Part shown: one piece after another, positions 1 to 10,143 of the stretch | Layout of the letters: the number at the start of each line of letters is the position of its first letter | Position numbering within the stretch: the first letter of the stretch is position 1 | Position numbers and translations under genes: made by a program | Notes under the pieces: model-generated | The model's database searches: none | The model's input: only the letters and a program-made list of their open reading frames with translations | What the model was told of the DNA's origin: nothing | Assembly (NCBI GenBank): GCA_016235065.1 | Contig: JACRMB010000004.1 | Location: forward strand, 3,629 to 67,628 | Length of the DNA stretch: 64,000 bases | Source of the DNA: Actinomycetota bacterium | GTDB taxonomy: Bacteria > Actinomycetota > Thermoleophilia > BMS3ABIN01 | Reading direction: 5' to 3'

Positions 1-2
1 GG

Positions 3-3000
3 TACACGACTGGTGTCCCGCTTTCGGTGCGTACCGGAGTCACTGTCAAGAACCTGACTGTATCCCAGTTCAACTACGGGATCTATCTGCTTTCGTCGAA
101 CTCGACCACACTCACCGGCAATACCGTTTCCAACAACGCCTTTGGGGTTTACGAGGTATTCTCGAACAACAGCCAGGTATTCAATAACAACTTCATCAGC
201 AACGGCATCCAGGCTTATGTGACCGGCGGCAGCGGTAACGTCTTCGATACGCCAAGCGGCGGTAACCACTGGAGCAATTACAGCACGCCAGGCCAGGGCT
301 GCGACGACAACAATGGCAACTTCGTCTGCGACGTCCAGTACACATTCACTGGCGGAATCGACCATATGCCCTGGAGAGACGCCGATGGCTGGAAATACAC
401 CCCGCCACCGGACTCGACTCCACCGAACATCACCAGCGTATTGCCAGCCGGGATAATCGAAACGAACTCTACGACGATCAGCATCGACTATAACGATCCG
501 GGAAGCAATATAAATCTGGCATCGATCTCAGTCACGCTTGATGGAGTGGCGCTTTCGGGATGCACTTCAAACCAGTCCAATACCAGTTGCCTGGTGACCG
601 GCGTGGCGCTGGGAGCCCATTCGATCGGCGGCACTCTGGAGGATAACCGTGGCAATGTCAGCCTTATAAACGGCGCCTTCAATTTCGTCGATACAACCGC
701 TCCTGCAGTAGGCACGGTTCTACCGGCGGGAACTGTCAATTCGACTTCGACGATGATCACTGCTGGTTATTCAGACGGGAGCGGTTCCGGCATCAATCCT
801 GCAACGGTAAGTGTGACCCTCGACGGTTCGCCGCTAGCTGGTTGTGCGATTGATTCGGGAAGTCTCAGCTGTGCCGTGTCAGGCCTGTCACAGGGTAACC
901 ATACAGCCGTTATCAGCGTAAGCGACGTCGCCGGCAACACCGGTACAGGCACCAGCAACTTCGCAGTGGACAGCCTGCCACCGTCAGTGTCCGCAGTATC
1001 ACCTTCCGGGACGATGACGACAGGGTCAGCGACGATCAGCGCCAGCTATTCTGACAGCCAGAGCCCGATCAACACCGGATCAGTGGTTGTTACGCTTGAT
1101 GGCACCAACCTTTCAGGATGTACGGTATCTGCCACTGGTGTCAGCTGCCAGGTCAGTAATCTGACAGTGGGTGCACATACGATCGGCGGTTCAGTCTCAG
1201 ACACCGCTGGCAACACCGCTCCCATCAGTGGCAGTTTCGTATTCTCCGACACCGTCGCTCCGACAGTAGCCAGTATCCTTCCTAGCGGAAGGATCACAAG
1301 CAATACGGCTACCCTGAGTGCAAGCTACAGCGATGGCACTGGCTCCGGCATCGACACGGGCACCGTTGCCGTGCTGCTGGATGGCAGTCCTGCAAGCGGC
1401 TGTGTTGCGGGTGCGGCGACGGTCAACTGTAACGTCAGCGGCCTGGCCGATGGCAGCCATACGCTTGCGGTCAGTGTCAATGACAGAGCGGGGAACACTG
1501 GCAGCGGAACCGGCTCCTTCACCGTGGACACGACGGGACCGGTTGTTACTCCGACTAAATACATCAGCGCCAGCGCCACCGGCGGCGACTGTCCCAGCAT
1601 CGGTGTCTGGGATGACGCGACCAAGACCTGTTTTCTCACTGGTGACTATTACTTCGCCAACAAGAACGGCATCCAGATCACAGCGAATGGAGTGACGCTT
1701 GATGGCAATGGCCACACGATATCCGGAAGCACGGCCTTCAACAGTGGCGTCTCGTATACGGTCAAGACTGGGGTCACGGTCAAGAACCTGACGGTGAAGT
1801 CGTTCAACTACGGCATCTACCAGGTCGCTTCGAACGGCAATACCATCACCGGCAACACCATCCTGTCTAACAAGAACGGCATATACATGTCGTCTTCGAG
1901 CAATAACACCATCTACGGGAATAGCATCAGCAGCAGTGTGACCCAACAGATAGTGATAGCTGGAGGAGCCGGCAACGTCTTCGATATGGCCGCACCGATA
2001 GGTGGCAACTACTGGAGCAACTTCGACACACCAGCAGAAGGCTGCAACGATCTCAACTTTGACGGTTTCTGCGACCTGCCGCTCTTATTCACAGGCGGCC
2101 AGGACAATCTTCCCAGGGTGAGCCCGCCTAACCAGTGGCTCGATATCACGCCTCCCAACGTGACCAGCGTGACGCCCTCAGGGACGATCAATGTCGATTC
2201 AACCAATATCAATATCAGCTACTTCGACATCGGTTCCGGCGTCGATACCAATACGGTTGTAGTGAGGCTTGATGGGACGACGCTGGCAGGCTGCGCGATA
2301 AGCGCCAGCAGCGCCAGCTGCCCGGTATCCGGGCTCGCCCAGGGCGCCCACACCATCAGCGGCTCGCTCGCTGACACTTCAGGCAACAGCGGTCTTATAA
2401 GCGGCAGTTTCATGGTGGAGATACTCACCGACGTCACACCGCCGGCAATAAGCAGCGTCCAGCCTTCAGGCACTATAACGACTTCAACAACTAACGTCAG
2501 CGCCAACTATACTGATTCCGGTTCAGGAATAAACAGCGCAACAGTTGCTGTTTATCTGGATGGAAGCCTGCGCGGCGGCTGCTCGGTGACCGCCAGCAGC
2601 GTCAACTGTCCCGTATCGGGTCTGGCTGACGGCGCCCACGGCATCAGCGTCAGCGTTTCTGATAACGCCGGCAACACCGGCACGGCAACTGGCTCGTTCA
2701 CAGTCTCCACCGTAGCGCCTGATACGACTCCGCCATCGGTGACCAGCGTATTGCCTTCGGGAATACAGACATCGACGAGCGCGACCATCACAGCCTATCT
2801 GAGCGACGCGGGCTCGGGAGTCAATCCCAGTTCCGTCGTCGCCAGGCTCGACGGAGTCGCCATGACCGGCTGCACCGCGACAGCCAGCTCGGTGAGCTGT
2901 CCGAAGACCGGCATCGGCCAGGGTGCTCATGCCATAAGTGTGACCGCTTCGGATAACGCCGGCAACAGCGGCACCGGCACTGGTTCATTCACGGTCGACT

Positions 3001-6000
3001 CGCTAGCGCCTTCGGTCACCGCCCTGTCGCCGACAGGCGCGCTGGCTTCACCCACTACGACCATATCCGCAAGTCTCTCAGACTCGGGTACCGGTATTAA
3101 TTCAGCAACCGCCCAAGTCTATGTCGAAGGCGGCACCGTCGGAACCTGCAACCGGACGGCCACGTCCGTCAGCTGCCAGGTATCCGGGATGGTCGACGGT
3201 ATCCACAACTACACGGTCACGGTCTCGGATATGGCTGGAAATACTGGAAGCGCTTCAGCCAGTCTGAATATCGATACCGTGGCTCCCGCGGTCTCCAATA
3301 TCCAGCCCTCGGGCACCATAACGACCTCGAGCGCGACCATAAGCGCCTACTATAGCGATACCGGCTCCGGGCTCAACATCTCGACCGCGGTAGTAACGCT
3401 CGACGGCACAGCGCTGACTGGCTGTACCCGTACTTTCTCCGGAGTCAGTTGCCCAGCCACGGGGCTCACGGACGGTATCCATAATATAAGCGTCAGTGTC
3501 CAGGACAATATCACCAACATGGGCACGGGCACCGGTTCGTTCACGGTAACGCTGCCTCAGGCTGACACGACAGCGCCTACTGTTACCAACGTGCAGCCAG
3601 GCGGCACTATTGCGACAGGTACAGCCACAATCAGTGCTTACTACAGCGATTCCGGATCGGGCATCAATAGTGCCACTGCAGCAGTGACTCTCGACGGGAC
3701 CCCGATTACTGGTTGCGTCGCATCTGCCAGCGCGGTCAGCTGCGATGCCATCGGCCTCTCCGAGGGCGCGCACAATATCACAGTCTCCGTCGCCGACAAT
3801 GCCGGGAACACTGGCACTGGCAGCGGCAGCTTCGTGGTCGACAGCGTGATACCGGTGGTAAGCAATGTGATGCCCAACCAGGCCACTAACTCCACGAGCG
3901 CTACGGTCAGCGCCTACTTCAACGACGGTTCCGGCACCGGCATCGACCCCGCTTCGGTGAGAGTCTATCTGGACGACGTACTGATGGCTGGTTGCGCGGT
4001 AAGCACTTCCGACGTCAGCTGCGCTGTCAGCGGTCTCACTGATGGATATCACTCCATCAGGGTGGATGTTCTGGACAATGCCGGCAACAGCGGCCACGGA
4101 ACTGACTCATTCCTGGTAGATACGACTATCCCGGTCATAAGCGACATCCAGCCGAGCGGCACTATCAGTACATCCGCCGCCACAGTAAGCGCGTATCTGA
4201 GCGACTCATGGAGTGACGTAAACGATACGAGCGTAGTTGTAATGCTCGATTCTGTCGCGATAACAGGATGTACGGCCACGAATACTTCCGTCAGCTGCCC
4301 GGTCACCGGCCTGGTTGACGGTTACCATACAATCGACATCTCCGTAGCTGATAACACCGGCAATACCGGTACAGGCACCGGAAGCTTCACGGTGGACACC
4401 ACAGTGCCGGACACGACGCCACCAGTGATCAATAATGTGATGCCGTCTGGCACGATTACGACGACAGGCGCCAACGTCAGCGCTTACCTCAGCGACACTG
4501 GCAGCGGCATCAACACCGCCTCGGTGAGCGTCCAGGTAGACTCCGTAGCCCTCACCGGATGCACGGTATCGGCCTCCAGCGTAAGCTGCGCCGCCACAGG
4601 CCTGGCCGAAGGCGCGCACAACATCAGCGTCACCGCCGCCGACAACGCCGGCAACTCAAGCACCAGCACCGGCAGCTTCACGGTAGACTCCATGAGCCCG
4701 ACCGTAAGCGGCCTGGCTCCGACAGGTCTCGTCAACTTGGCCGACCAGACAATAACCGCCAGCTACTCCGACTCGGGCACCGGCATTGACAGCTCCACCG
4801 CCCAGGTCTATATGGACTCCGGCGTGCTCAGCGGCTGCACAGCAACCGCAACCTCGATCAGCTGCCCGGCTGCAGGACTAGCCGAGGGAGCCCACAGCTA
4901 CACAGTGAGCGTCAGGGACACGGCCGGCAATACCGGCTCGGCTTCGGCCAGCTTCACGGTGGACTCGATCCGCCCGACGGCAGGCAATTTCGCTCCCCAG
5001 GGCTATCTGACCACGACCAGCGCCACGATCACTGCATATATCAGCGATAGCGGCAGTGGAATCGACACAGCGGCTGTCTGGGCTGCGGTCGACGGGGTCC
5101 AGCTCAGCGGCTGTACCGTAACCACATCATCAATATCCTGTCCGGCCACCGGGCTTGCGGAAGGCCATCACATCGTCAGCGTCCGCGTGCAGGATATGGC
5201 CAACAACGGCGACATATACTTCTGGGGTATAGATGTTGACTCCCTGGCGCCGTCCGTGACCGGCCTTTCACCTTATGGGTCGCTCGCTTCACCGATAACA
5301 CGGATATCAGCCAGCTTAAGTGACTCCGGTTCGGGAATAGACAGCGCTACCGCCCAGGTCTATGTAGAAGGCGGTACGGTCTCGAACTGCAGCGCGAGTG
5401 CCACTTCCATCAGTTGTGATGTAGCCGGCATGGCTGACGGCGTCCATTACTACACGGTCAGCGTCAGCGACCTGGCCGGCAACACCGGCACAGCCTCAGC
5501 CAGCCTGCATGTTGACACTGTGGCGCCGACAGTCAGCAATATCCAGCCCAGCGGTACTATCACAACCGATAACGCGACTATCAGCGCCTACTACAGTGAC
5601 GCCGGCGTCGGGCTCAACATATCGACCGCCGTGGTCACCCTGGACGGAACCGCGCTGACCGGCTGCACCCGGACTTTCACCGGAGTCAGCTGCCCGGCCA
5701 CCGGACTTGCCGATGGCGTGCATAACATCACTGTCAGCGTCCTTGATAACATCACCAACGTGGGCACCGGCACCGGCTCGTTCACCGTCGCCATTCCTCA
5801 GGCAGACACGACGGCGCCTTCGGTGACCAATGTCCAGCCAACGGGCACGGTAACGACGGGCACGGCTACGATCAGCGCTGATTACAGCGACGCCGGCAGC
5901 GGCATCAACGCTGCCACAGCCAGGGTATACCTGGACGGAACAGCGCTGACAGGCTGCACGGCTACCGCGACATCGGTTAGCTGTCCAGCATCGGGCCTGA

Positions 6001-7088
6001 CTGAGGCCGTTCATAATATCAGCGTCTCAATCGCTGACAACGCCGGCAACACCGGCACCGGCACCGGCTCGTTCACGGTGAATCTGCCTGACACGACGCC
6101 GCCTTCGGTGACGAACATCCTGCCGAGCGGCACCATAACGACCAGTGCGGCAACTGTCTACGCTTACTACAGCGATACTGACAGCGGCATCAACTCCGCC
6201 ACCGCAAAGGTCTACCTGGACGGCACGGCGTTAACCGGCTGTACAGCGACAGCAACCGGCGTCAGCTGCCCGGCAACGGGTCTCGCCAACGGCGTCCATA
6301 ACATCAGCGTCAGAGTCGCCGACAACGCCGGCAACACCGGCACAGGCACCGGTTCCTTCACGGTCAGCCTGCCGTCATGTACGACCGATTACACCGACGC
6401 CAGCGGCGCGTCCATCTCGGTCTACAGCGATTCGTCATATACGACCAAGGTCTGCCAGCAGACCCAGCTGACTCCAAACACGAACTACTACGTGCAGCTG
6501 ACACATCCGACGATGAACCTGTCGTCGGAAGGCACGAACAGGAACCGAATGAGGATGTACAACCTTATGGGAACCCAGGTGAACTACGGTGACGGCACGA
6601 ACGAGAAGACGTTCACCCAGCAGTCAGGCGGAGCACCGTACCGGTACCGCACGACCTTCCGGACTCCGTCCACGGCCGACATCTACACGCTGGAGCCCAG
6701 CCTGCGGAACAACGCCCAGACCAAGCAGGTCACGATATATGGATGGATGACCAAGGTCGGCAATTCAGCCAGCTATGTGGCTACCTATTCTGACGCCGCC
6801 TATTCGGTCTACACTGATACGTTCGCTCCTGGAGCCACGGTCTACGTGCAGATGTACAGCGCCAGCTTCAGCGACGGCACTCCGACCACGTCGGCTACTT
6901 CGATCAACAGCTACGACTTTGCCGCGGCCTCTACCGTGCTGTCGGAGAGCTCTGTGAGCAGGATCGCCTCAAAGACGTACAGGACCGCGTTCACGATGCC
7001 GAGCGGCACCGGAGACCGCGGATTCCGGCTCAGCATATCCAGCGGAAGTACACTGGCAAGACCTGAATTCCTGCTGAACAGGCAGTAA
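3..7088 (+). CDS. giant secreted surface protein, 5' partial at window edge: two parallel beta-helix modules each followed by arrays of ~95-aa Ig-like domains (about 20 copies), plus a distinct ~230-aa C-terminal domain
   Basis: ORF 27..7088 is open to the window start and its first residues (TGVTVKNLTVSQFNYGIY) repeat an internal segment (KTGVTVKNLTVKSFNYGIY, ~aa 570), so the true start lies upstream. Beta-helix signature NNxFxxNGIxxY/GNxIxxN; Ig-like unit PSGTIxTxxATISAxYSDxGSGIxxATxxVxLDGxxLxGCxxxxxxVSCxxxGLxxGxHxIxVxVxDxAGNxGxGxGSFxVD with two conserved Cys. Confidence 0.8.
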   Translation, partial: YTTGVPLSVRTGVTVKNLTVSQFNYGIYLLSSNSTTLTGNTVSNNAFGVYEVFSNNSQVFNNNFISNGIQAYVTGGSGNVFDTPSGGNHWSNYSTPGQGCDDNNGNFVCDVQYTFTGGIDHMPWRDADGWKYTPPPDSTPPNITSVLPAGIIETNSTTISIDYNDPGSNINLASISVTLDGVALSGCTSNQSNTSCLVTGVALGAHSIGGTLEDNRGNVSLINGAFNFVDTTAPAVGTVLPAGTVNSTSTMITAGYSDGSGSGINPATVSVTLDGSPLAGCAIDSGSLSCAVSGLSQGNHTAVISVSDVAGNTGTGTSNFAVDSLPPSVSAVSPSGTMTTGSATISASYSDSQSPINTGSVVVTLDGTNLSGCTVSATGVSCQVSNLTVGAHTIGGSVSDTAGNTAPISGSFVFSDTVAPTVASILPSGRITSNTATLSASYSDGTGSGIDTGTVAVLLDGSPASGCVAGAATVNCNVSGLADGSHTLAVSVNDRAGNTGSGTGSFTVDTTGPVVTPTKYISASATGGDCPSIGVWDDATKTCFLTGDYYFANKNGIQITANGVTLDGNGHTISGSTAFNSGVSYTVKTGVTVKNLTVKSFNYGIYQVASNGNTITGNTILSNKNGIYMSSSSNNTIYGNSISSSVTQQIVIAGGAGNVFDMAAPIGGNYWSNFDTPAEGCNDLNFDGFCDLPLLFTGGQDNLPRVSPPNQWLDITPPNVTSVTPSGTINVDSTNINISYFDIGSGVDTNTVVVRLDGTTLAGCAISASSASCPVSGLAQGAHTISGSLADTSGNSGLISGSFMVEILTDVTPPAISSVQPSGTITTSTTNVSANYTDSGSGINSATVAVYLDGSLRGGCSVTASSVNCPVSGLADGAHGISVSVSDNAGNTGTATGSFTVSTVAPDTTPPSVTSVLPSGIQTSTSATITAYLSDAGSGVNPSSVVARLDGVAMTGCTATASSVSCPKTGIGQGAHAISVTASDNAGNSGTGTGSFTVDSLAPSVTALSPTGALASPTTTISASLSDSGTGINSATAQVYVEGGTVGTCNRTATSVSCQVSGMVDGIHNYTVTVSDMAGNTGSASASLNIDTVAPAVSNIQPSGTITTSSATISAYYSDTGSGLNISTAVVTLDGTALTGCTRTFSGVSCPATGLTDGIHNISVSVQDNITNMGTGTGSFTVTLPQADTTAPTVTNVQPGGTIATGTATISAYYSDSGSGINSATAAVTLDGTPITGCVASASAVSCDAIGLSEGAHNITVSVADNAGNTGTGSGSFVVDSVIPVVSNVMPNQATNSTSATVSAYFNDGSGTGIDPASVRVYLDDVLMAGCAVSTSDVSCAVSGLTDGYHSIRVDVLDNAGNSGHGTDSFLVDTTIPVISDIQPSGTISTSAATVSAYLSDSWSDVNDTSVVVMLDSVAITGCTATNTSVSCPVTGLVDGYHTIDISVADNTGNTGTGTGSFTVDTTVPDTTPPVINNVMPSGTITTTGANVSAYLSDTGSGINTASVSVQVDSVALTGCTVSASSVSCAATGLAEGAHNISVTAADNAGNSSTSTGSFTVDSMSPTVSGLAPTGLVNLADQTITASYSDSGTGIDSSTAQVYMDSGVLSGCTATATSISCPAAGLAEGAHSYTVSVRDTAGNTGSASASFTVDSIRPTAGNFAPQGYLTTTSATITAYISDSGSGIDTAAVWAAVDGVQLSGCTVTTSSISCPATGLAEGHHIVSVRVQDMANNGDIYFWGIDVDSLAPSVTGLSPYGSLASPITRISASLSDSGSGIDSATAQVYVEGGTVSNCSASATSISCDVAGMADGVHYYTVSVSDLAGNTGTASASLHVDTVAPTVSNIQPSGTITTDNATISAYYSDAGVGLNISTAVVTLDGTALTGCTRTFTGVSCPATGLADGVHNITVSVLDNITNVGTGTGSFTVAIPQADTTAPSVTNVQPTGTVTTGTATISADYSDAGSGINAATARVYLDGTALTGCTATATSVSCPASGLTEAVHNISVSIADNAGNTGTGTGSFTVNLPDTTPPSVTNILPSGTITTSAATVYAYYSDTDSGINSATAKVYLDGTALTGCTATATGVSCPATGLANGVHNISVRVADNAGNTGTGTGSFTVSLPSCTTDYTDASGASISVYSDSSYTTKVCQQTQLTPNTNYYVQLTHPTMNLSSEGTNRNRMRMYNLMGTQVNYGDGTNEKTFTQQSGGAPYRYRTTFRTPSTADIYTLEPSLRNNAQTKQVTIYGWMTKVGNSASYVATYSDAAYSVYTDTFAPGATVYVQMYSASFSDGTPTTSATSINSYDFAAASTVLSESSVSRIASKTYRTAFTMPSGTGDRGFRLSISSGSTLARPEFLLNRQ
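2995..3700. repeat. intragenic segmental duplication, copy A (~0.7 kb, two Ig-like domains)
   Basis: Encoded segment SLAPSVTALSPTGALASP...GSFTVTLPQADTTAPTVTNVQPGG is near-identical in protein and closely similar in DNA to copy B. Confidence 0.6.
5236..5945. repeat. intragenic segmental duplication, copy B
   Basis: Encoded segment SLAPSVTGLSPYGSLASP...GSFTVAIPQADTTAPSVTNVQPTG; long runs of identical nucleotides with copy A. Confidence 0.6.
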
Positions 7089-7152
7089 CAGGCAGGAAGT
7101 CGGGCATTTCCCGACCAGCGAGAATCTGGCCGGAGAACAGGATGAATCACGA

Positions 7153-7188
7153 GGCCCCGCCGTCAGGCGGGGCCTCTTTCTTGCTGTT
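7153..7188 (+). terminator. rho-independent terminator after the giant gene
   Basis: GGCCCCGCC-gtca-GGCGGGGCC perfect 9-bp stem followed by TCTTTCTTGCTGTT, 65 nt after the stop codon. Confidence 0.55.
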
Positions 7189-7257
7189 CTGAAACCATTT
7201 GTTCGTTTCCGCGTCTAACCGGGTAACACTAAACAGTCAAGCCATCGGAGGAAGACC

Positions 7258-7674
7258 TTGGAGACATCCGCAGCCATAAGTTTCGAAGTCCATACGGGCC
7301 AGCCGTTCGACCAGGCCATCGAAAGCCTGACGAAGGCACTCAAGGCAGAAAGCTTCGGCATCCTCACCCGCATCGACGTCCACACTACTCTCAAGGAAAA
7401 GCTGGACAAGGATTTTCGCAAGTACGCCATCATCGGAGCCTGTAACCCGCCGCTCGCGCACCGCGCCCTCGAGCACCAGGCGGAAGTAGGTTTGATGCTT
7501 CCCTGCAATATCACTGTCGAGGAAGACCCCAAAGGCGGTTCCATAGTCCGCATAGGCGATCCCGGAGCCATGTTGAAGGGTTTTGGAATGGATCAGGACC
7601 CGGTGCTCGCCGAGGTTGGAGCCGAAGCCCGCAAGCGGCTTGAGCGGGTGGCCAGAGCACTGGAAGCTACATAA
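7258..7674 (+). CDS. DUF302 domain protein
   Basis: TTG start preceded by GGAGGAAG; motifs ILTRIDVHTTLKEKL, YAIIGACNPPLAHRAL and LMLPCNITVEED typical of DUF302. Confidence 0.65.
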   Translation: METSAAISFEVHTGQPFDQAIESLTKALKAESFGILTRIDVHTTLKEKLDKDFRKYAIIGACNPPLAHRALEHQAEVGLMLPCNITVEEDPKGGSIVRIGDPGAMLKGFGMDQDPVLAEVGAEARKRLERVARALEAT

Positions 7675-8809
7675 GCTCCCGCACAAAGAAATCGACTATC
7701 ATCGCGTTGATCTCCTGGCGTGACGGGTCGATCTCTCCACCCTGGGGAACAAAAGCGTGTCCTGCGTTCTTCACCATCACCAGCGTGGCCGGCACTCCGG
7801 CAGCCTTCAGCAGGTCATAGAGCCCCTGGGACTGGTCCGGCGGCACGAGCATGTCTGAGTCGCCCTGCAGTATCAGGAACGGTGGATCGTCCGCGGTGAC
7901 GTAGGTGACCGGGCTAGCGATCTTCAGGATCTCAGAGCCGCTGTCGCTGGTGCCGAACACCCTTGCCCCCAGTGCCTTGCCGATGGCGCCACCCTCGAAT
8001 TCCCGGGTCAGATCCGAGGGGCCGAACATGTCCACGACCGCCTGTACCCGGCTTGATTCATCCTGGTTCCCGCACGATCCCTCGAGACCGTCGTCGTCAT
8101 CCATGACTCCCAGCAGCGATACCAGATGGCCGCCCGCACTGCCGCCCCAGGCGCCGATCCTATCGGGGTCAAGGGCATACTTGCCAGCATTAGCCCGAAG
8201 ATAGCGCAACGCGCATTTAACGTCCTCGATCTGTGCCGGGAACCGGTATTCGGGCGCGAGTCGATAATTGACCGACACCACCAGGAAGCCGGCCTCCTGC
8301 AGGCTGGGGATGGTAGTGGTGCCGGCTCCGTCCTGCTTGTCGCCTTTGGTCCAGCCGCCTCCGTGGACATACATCACCACCGGCACCGGCCCGGCTGCCT
8401 TTAACGGATAATAGATATCCATCTTCAGGTCGACGCCGTTAGCCCTGCCGTAGGTCACGTCACGTTCCACGGTGCCAAGCTTTGCGGGGTCCAGCGGTAC
8501 AAAAGTGCTCGCCGCATCGCCGTCAGATCCGGTGGTCGAAGCGGTCTCTTTGCCAGTCTCAGAATTGCTGCCCGGGCTATCAGTGCCGGCGTCCGCGGTA
8601 GCGCCGGATCCATCGCCGGACAGAACGCCTGCGGAGCTTCTATCTGCGTCAGGATCTCCGCAGCCTGTAACCAGCATTATCAGTACCAGCATCATGAGCA
8701 CCAGCAGCACGACTGCAAGGGAGGTAAGGGCCGTGAATAACCTTCCCGCACGGAGGCCACGCAAAAGTCTCCGCCGGATGATACCGCCCGATGTCAGACC
8801 GGCACTCAC
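7667..8809 (-). CDS. alpha/beta-hydrolase fold esterase/lipase, lipoprotein
   Basis: MYVHGGGWTKGDK (HGGG oxyanion motif) and GGSAGGHL (GxSxG nucleophile elbow); N-terminal hydrophobic segment ending in lipobox LVTGC. Confidence 0.7.
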   Translation of the reverse strand: MSAGLTSGGIIRRRLLRGLRAGRLFTALTSLAVVLLVLMMLVLIMLVTGCGDPDADRSSAGVLSGDGSGATADAGTDSPGSNSETGKETASTTGSDGDAASTFVPLDPAKLGTVERDVTYGRANGVDLKMDIYYPLKAAGPVPVVMYVHGGGWTKGDKQDGAGTTTIPSLQEAGFLVVSVNYRLAPEYRFPAQIEDVKCALRYLRANAGKYALDPDRIGAWGGSAGGHLVSLLGVMDDDDGLEGSCGNQDESSRVQAVVDMFGPSDLTREFEGGAIGKALGARVFGTSDSGSEILKIASPVTYVTADDPPFLILQGDSDMLVPPDQSQGLYDLLKAAGVPATLVMVKNAGHAFVPQGGEIDPSRQEINAMIVDFFVRELM

Positions 8810-10143
8810 TGGCCACCCGCCATCGTCACGATATCCTCGGAAGTGACTACCCGCAGGTTAGCGCTGGCCCAGGCGACCATCTCCTCGTATGCCGCCCAGA
8901 TGGCTTCCTGCTCTTCGGCGGAGCGCACGGTGGAGCTCTCCGGTCTGGTCAGATCGAAGGGAGGCGACAGCGGCCGCGACTTGTCGCCACCGGTGAAGTA
9001 GTAAGCAGTCCAGCCTTCCGGCCCGCTGCGGGCGAAGTTGTTCTCATGGATAAGCGAGGTGATGATCGGCGGGCGGCCGACCGCCGCCGTGTTCCAGCCT
9101 GCGAGACGCTCCTGCAGGTAAGCGGTGGGATCATATTCTCCGGCATTGGGAGTCGTCAGCATGTTCCACCAGAAAGGTTCTTCACCTTTTTTGGACTGAG
9201 CACTTCCCGTGGCATCCCAGCGGGTGATGCTGAAGTCGCTTGGCCGCACCAGCAGGCCGTTCACCCAGACGAACGGCTCTTCCAGGTCCGTCCCTTCCTC
9301 ATGGTAAAGGAGGGTCATGTGTGCGCCGAGGTTGGCATACAGCTGCTGGCCGGCAGCCTTGATCTCGGGGCTCTTGCTGGGAACCGGCGCACAGACAGGG
9401 TCACGCCCGAAAGTGTCAGCAACATATGAATAGCCACCGGGCTGATCGCGCAGGAGGCCGCCAGTCGTCATATCGAGGGCGAAAGTCTCATAGTCTTGGA
9501 GCGTCGCCGCCAGCGCCGTTCCATCCAGGCCTTGCAGGCTCTGGTCGAACCCGGCATAGAGGGGGTGGGGAGGACGCACGTGATAACTGATCGTCATCTC
9601 GCTGTTCTTCAGTCGCTCGATCACATCGGGGCGTTCCCGGCTGTAAGCCTGCACGATCGGCGCAGTCAGATAGAAGTCGCCGCGAACGCCGTATTTCTCA
9701 TAGATGCCGATCAGCCTCAGGATCGTGTCAGCGCTCTCATCCACATGCACGGTGTCATGGACGTTGATCACGAATGTGATATAGCCGGGAGCGGTCTTAT
9801 CGAAGGTCGTGTAGGTGACGCCGCCACCAGCTCCGCCGTCAGTAACGCCATCCATCCCGGCCGATTCGGTGGCGCTGCCGGTCTCATCGGAAACCGCATC
9901 GCTGGTTCCGTCCGGTCCCGCGGCAACATCCGTGCTCGGACCGCCATCCGCCTCTCTGTCGCAGGCGAGAGCTGACAGCAGCAGCATCGCGCTTACCAGA
10001 GACACGAGCAGGAAAAACGTGATGCGCAGCCCGGCGCAAGTACCGCCAACCGTGCTGATACCGCCGGCCGTCACGCTGCTATCGCCACACAGCCGGACTC
10101 TGCGTATTCTGCTCTTCCCGCTCTCTCTGCTCACTCTGATCAC
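8806..10143 (-). CDS. secreted lipoprotein, putative polysaccharide-deacetylase-like hydrolase (paralog 1)
   Basis: GTG start; lipobox LSALAC; TFVINVHDTVHVDES...ISYHVRPPHP His-rich motifs; paralogous to the downstream gene. Family assignment is tentative. Confidence 0.45.
   Translation of the reverse strand: MIRVSRESGKSRIRRVRLCGDSSVTAGGISTVGGTCAGLRITFFLLVSLVSAMLLLSALACDREADGGPSTDVAAGPDGTSDAVSDETGSATESAGMDGVTDGGAGGGVTYTTFDKTAPGYITFVINVHDTVHVDESADTILRLIGIYEKYGVRGDFYLTAPIVQAYSRERPDVIERLKNSEMTISYHVRPPHPLYAGFDQSLQGLDGTALAATLQDYETFALDMTTGGLLRDQPGGYSYVADTFGRDPVCAPVPSKSPEIKAAGQQLYANLGAHMTLLYHEEGTDLEEPFVWVNGLLVRPSDFSITRWDATGSAQSKKGEEPFWWNMLTTPNAGEYDPTAYLQERLAGWNTAAVGRPPIITSLIHENNFARSGPEGWTAYYFTGGDKSRPLSPPFDLTRPESSTVRSAEEQEAIWAAYEEMVAWASANLRVVTSEDIVTMAGGQ

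Noticed and set aside
1197-6014. Many 60-280-aa ORFs on both strands inside the giant surface protein gene (e.g. 1197..1946, 3255..4097, 5496..6014 and the short minus-strand ORFs)
   Set aside because: Alternative-frame or antisense ORFs that arise by chance in high-G+C repetitive coding DNA; the plus-strand frame has clear domain periodicity and the others have no recognisable motifs.
417-6390. Highly periodic ~285-bp tandem repetition, considered as a possible CRISPR array or satellite
   Set aside because: The period corresponds to in-frame Ig-like protein domains; there are no short conserved direct repeats with unique spacers. No CRISPR array found anywhere in the window.
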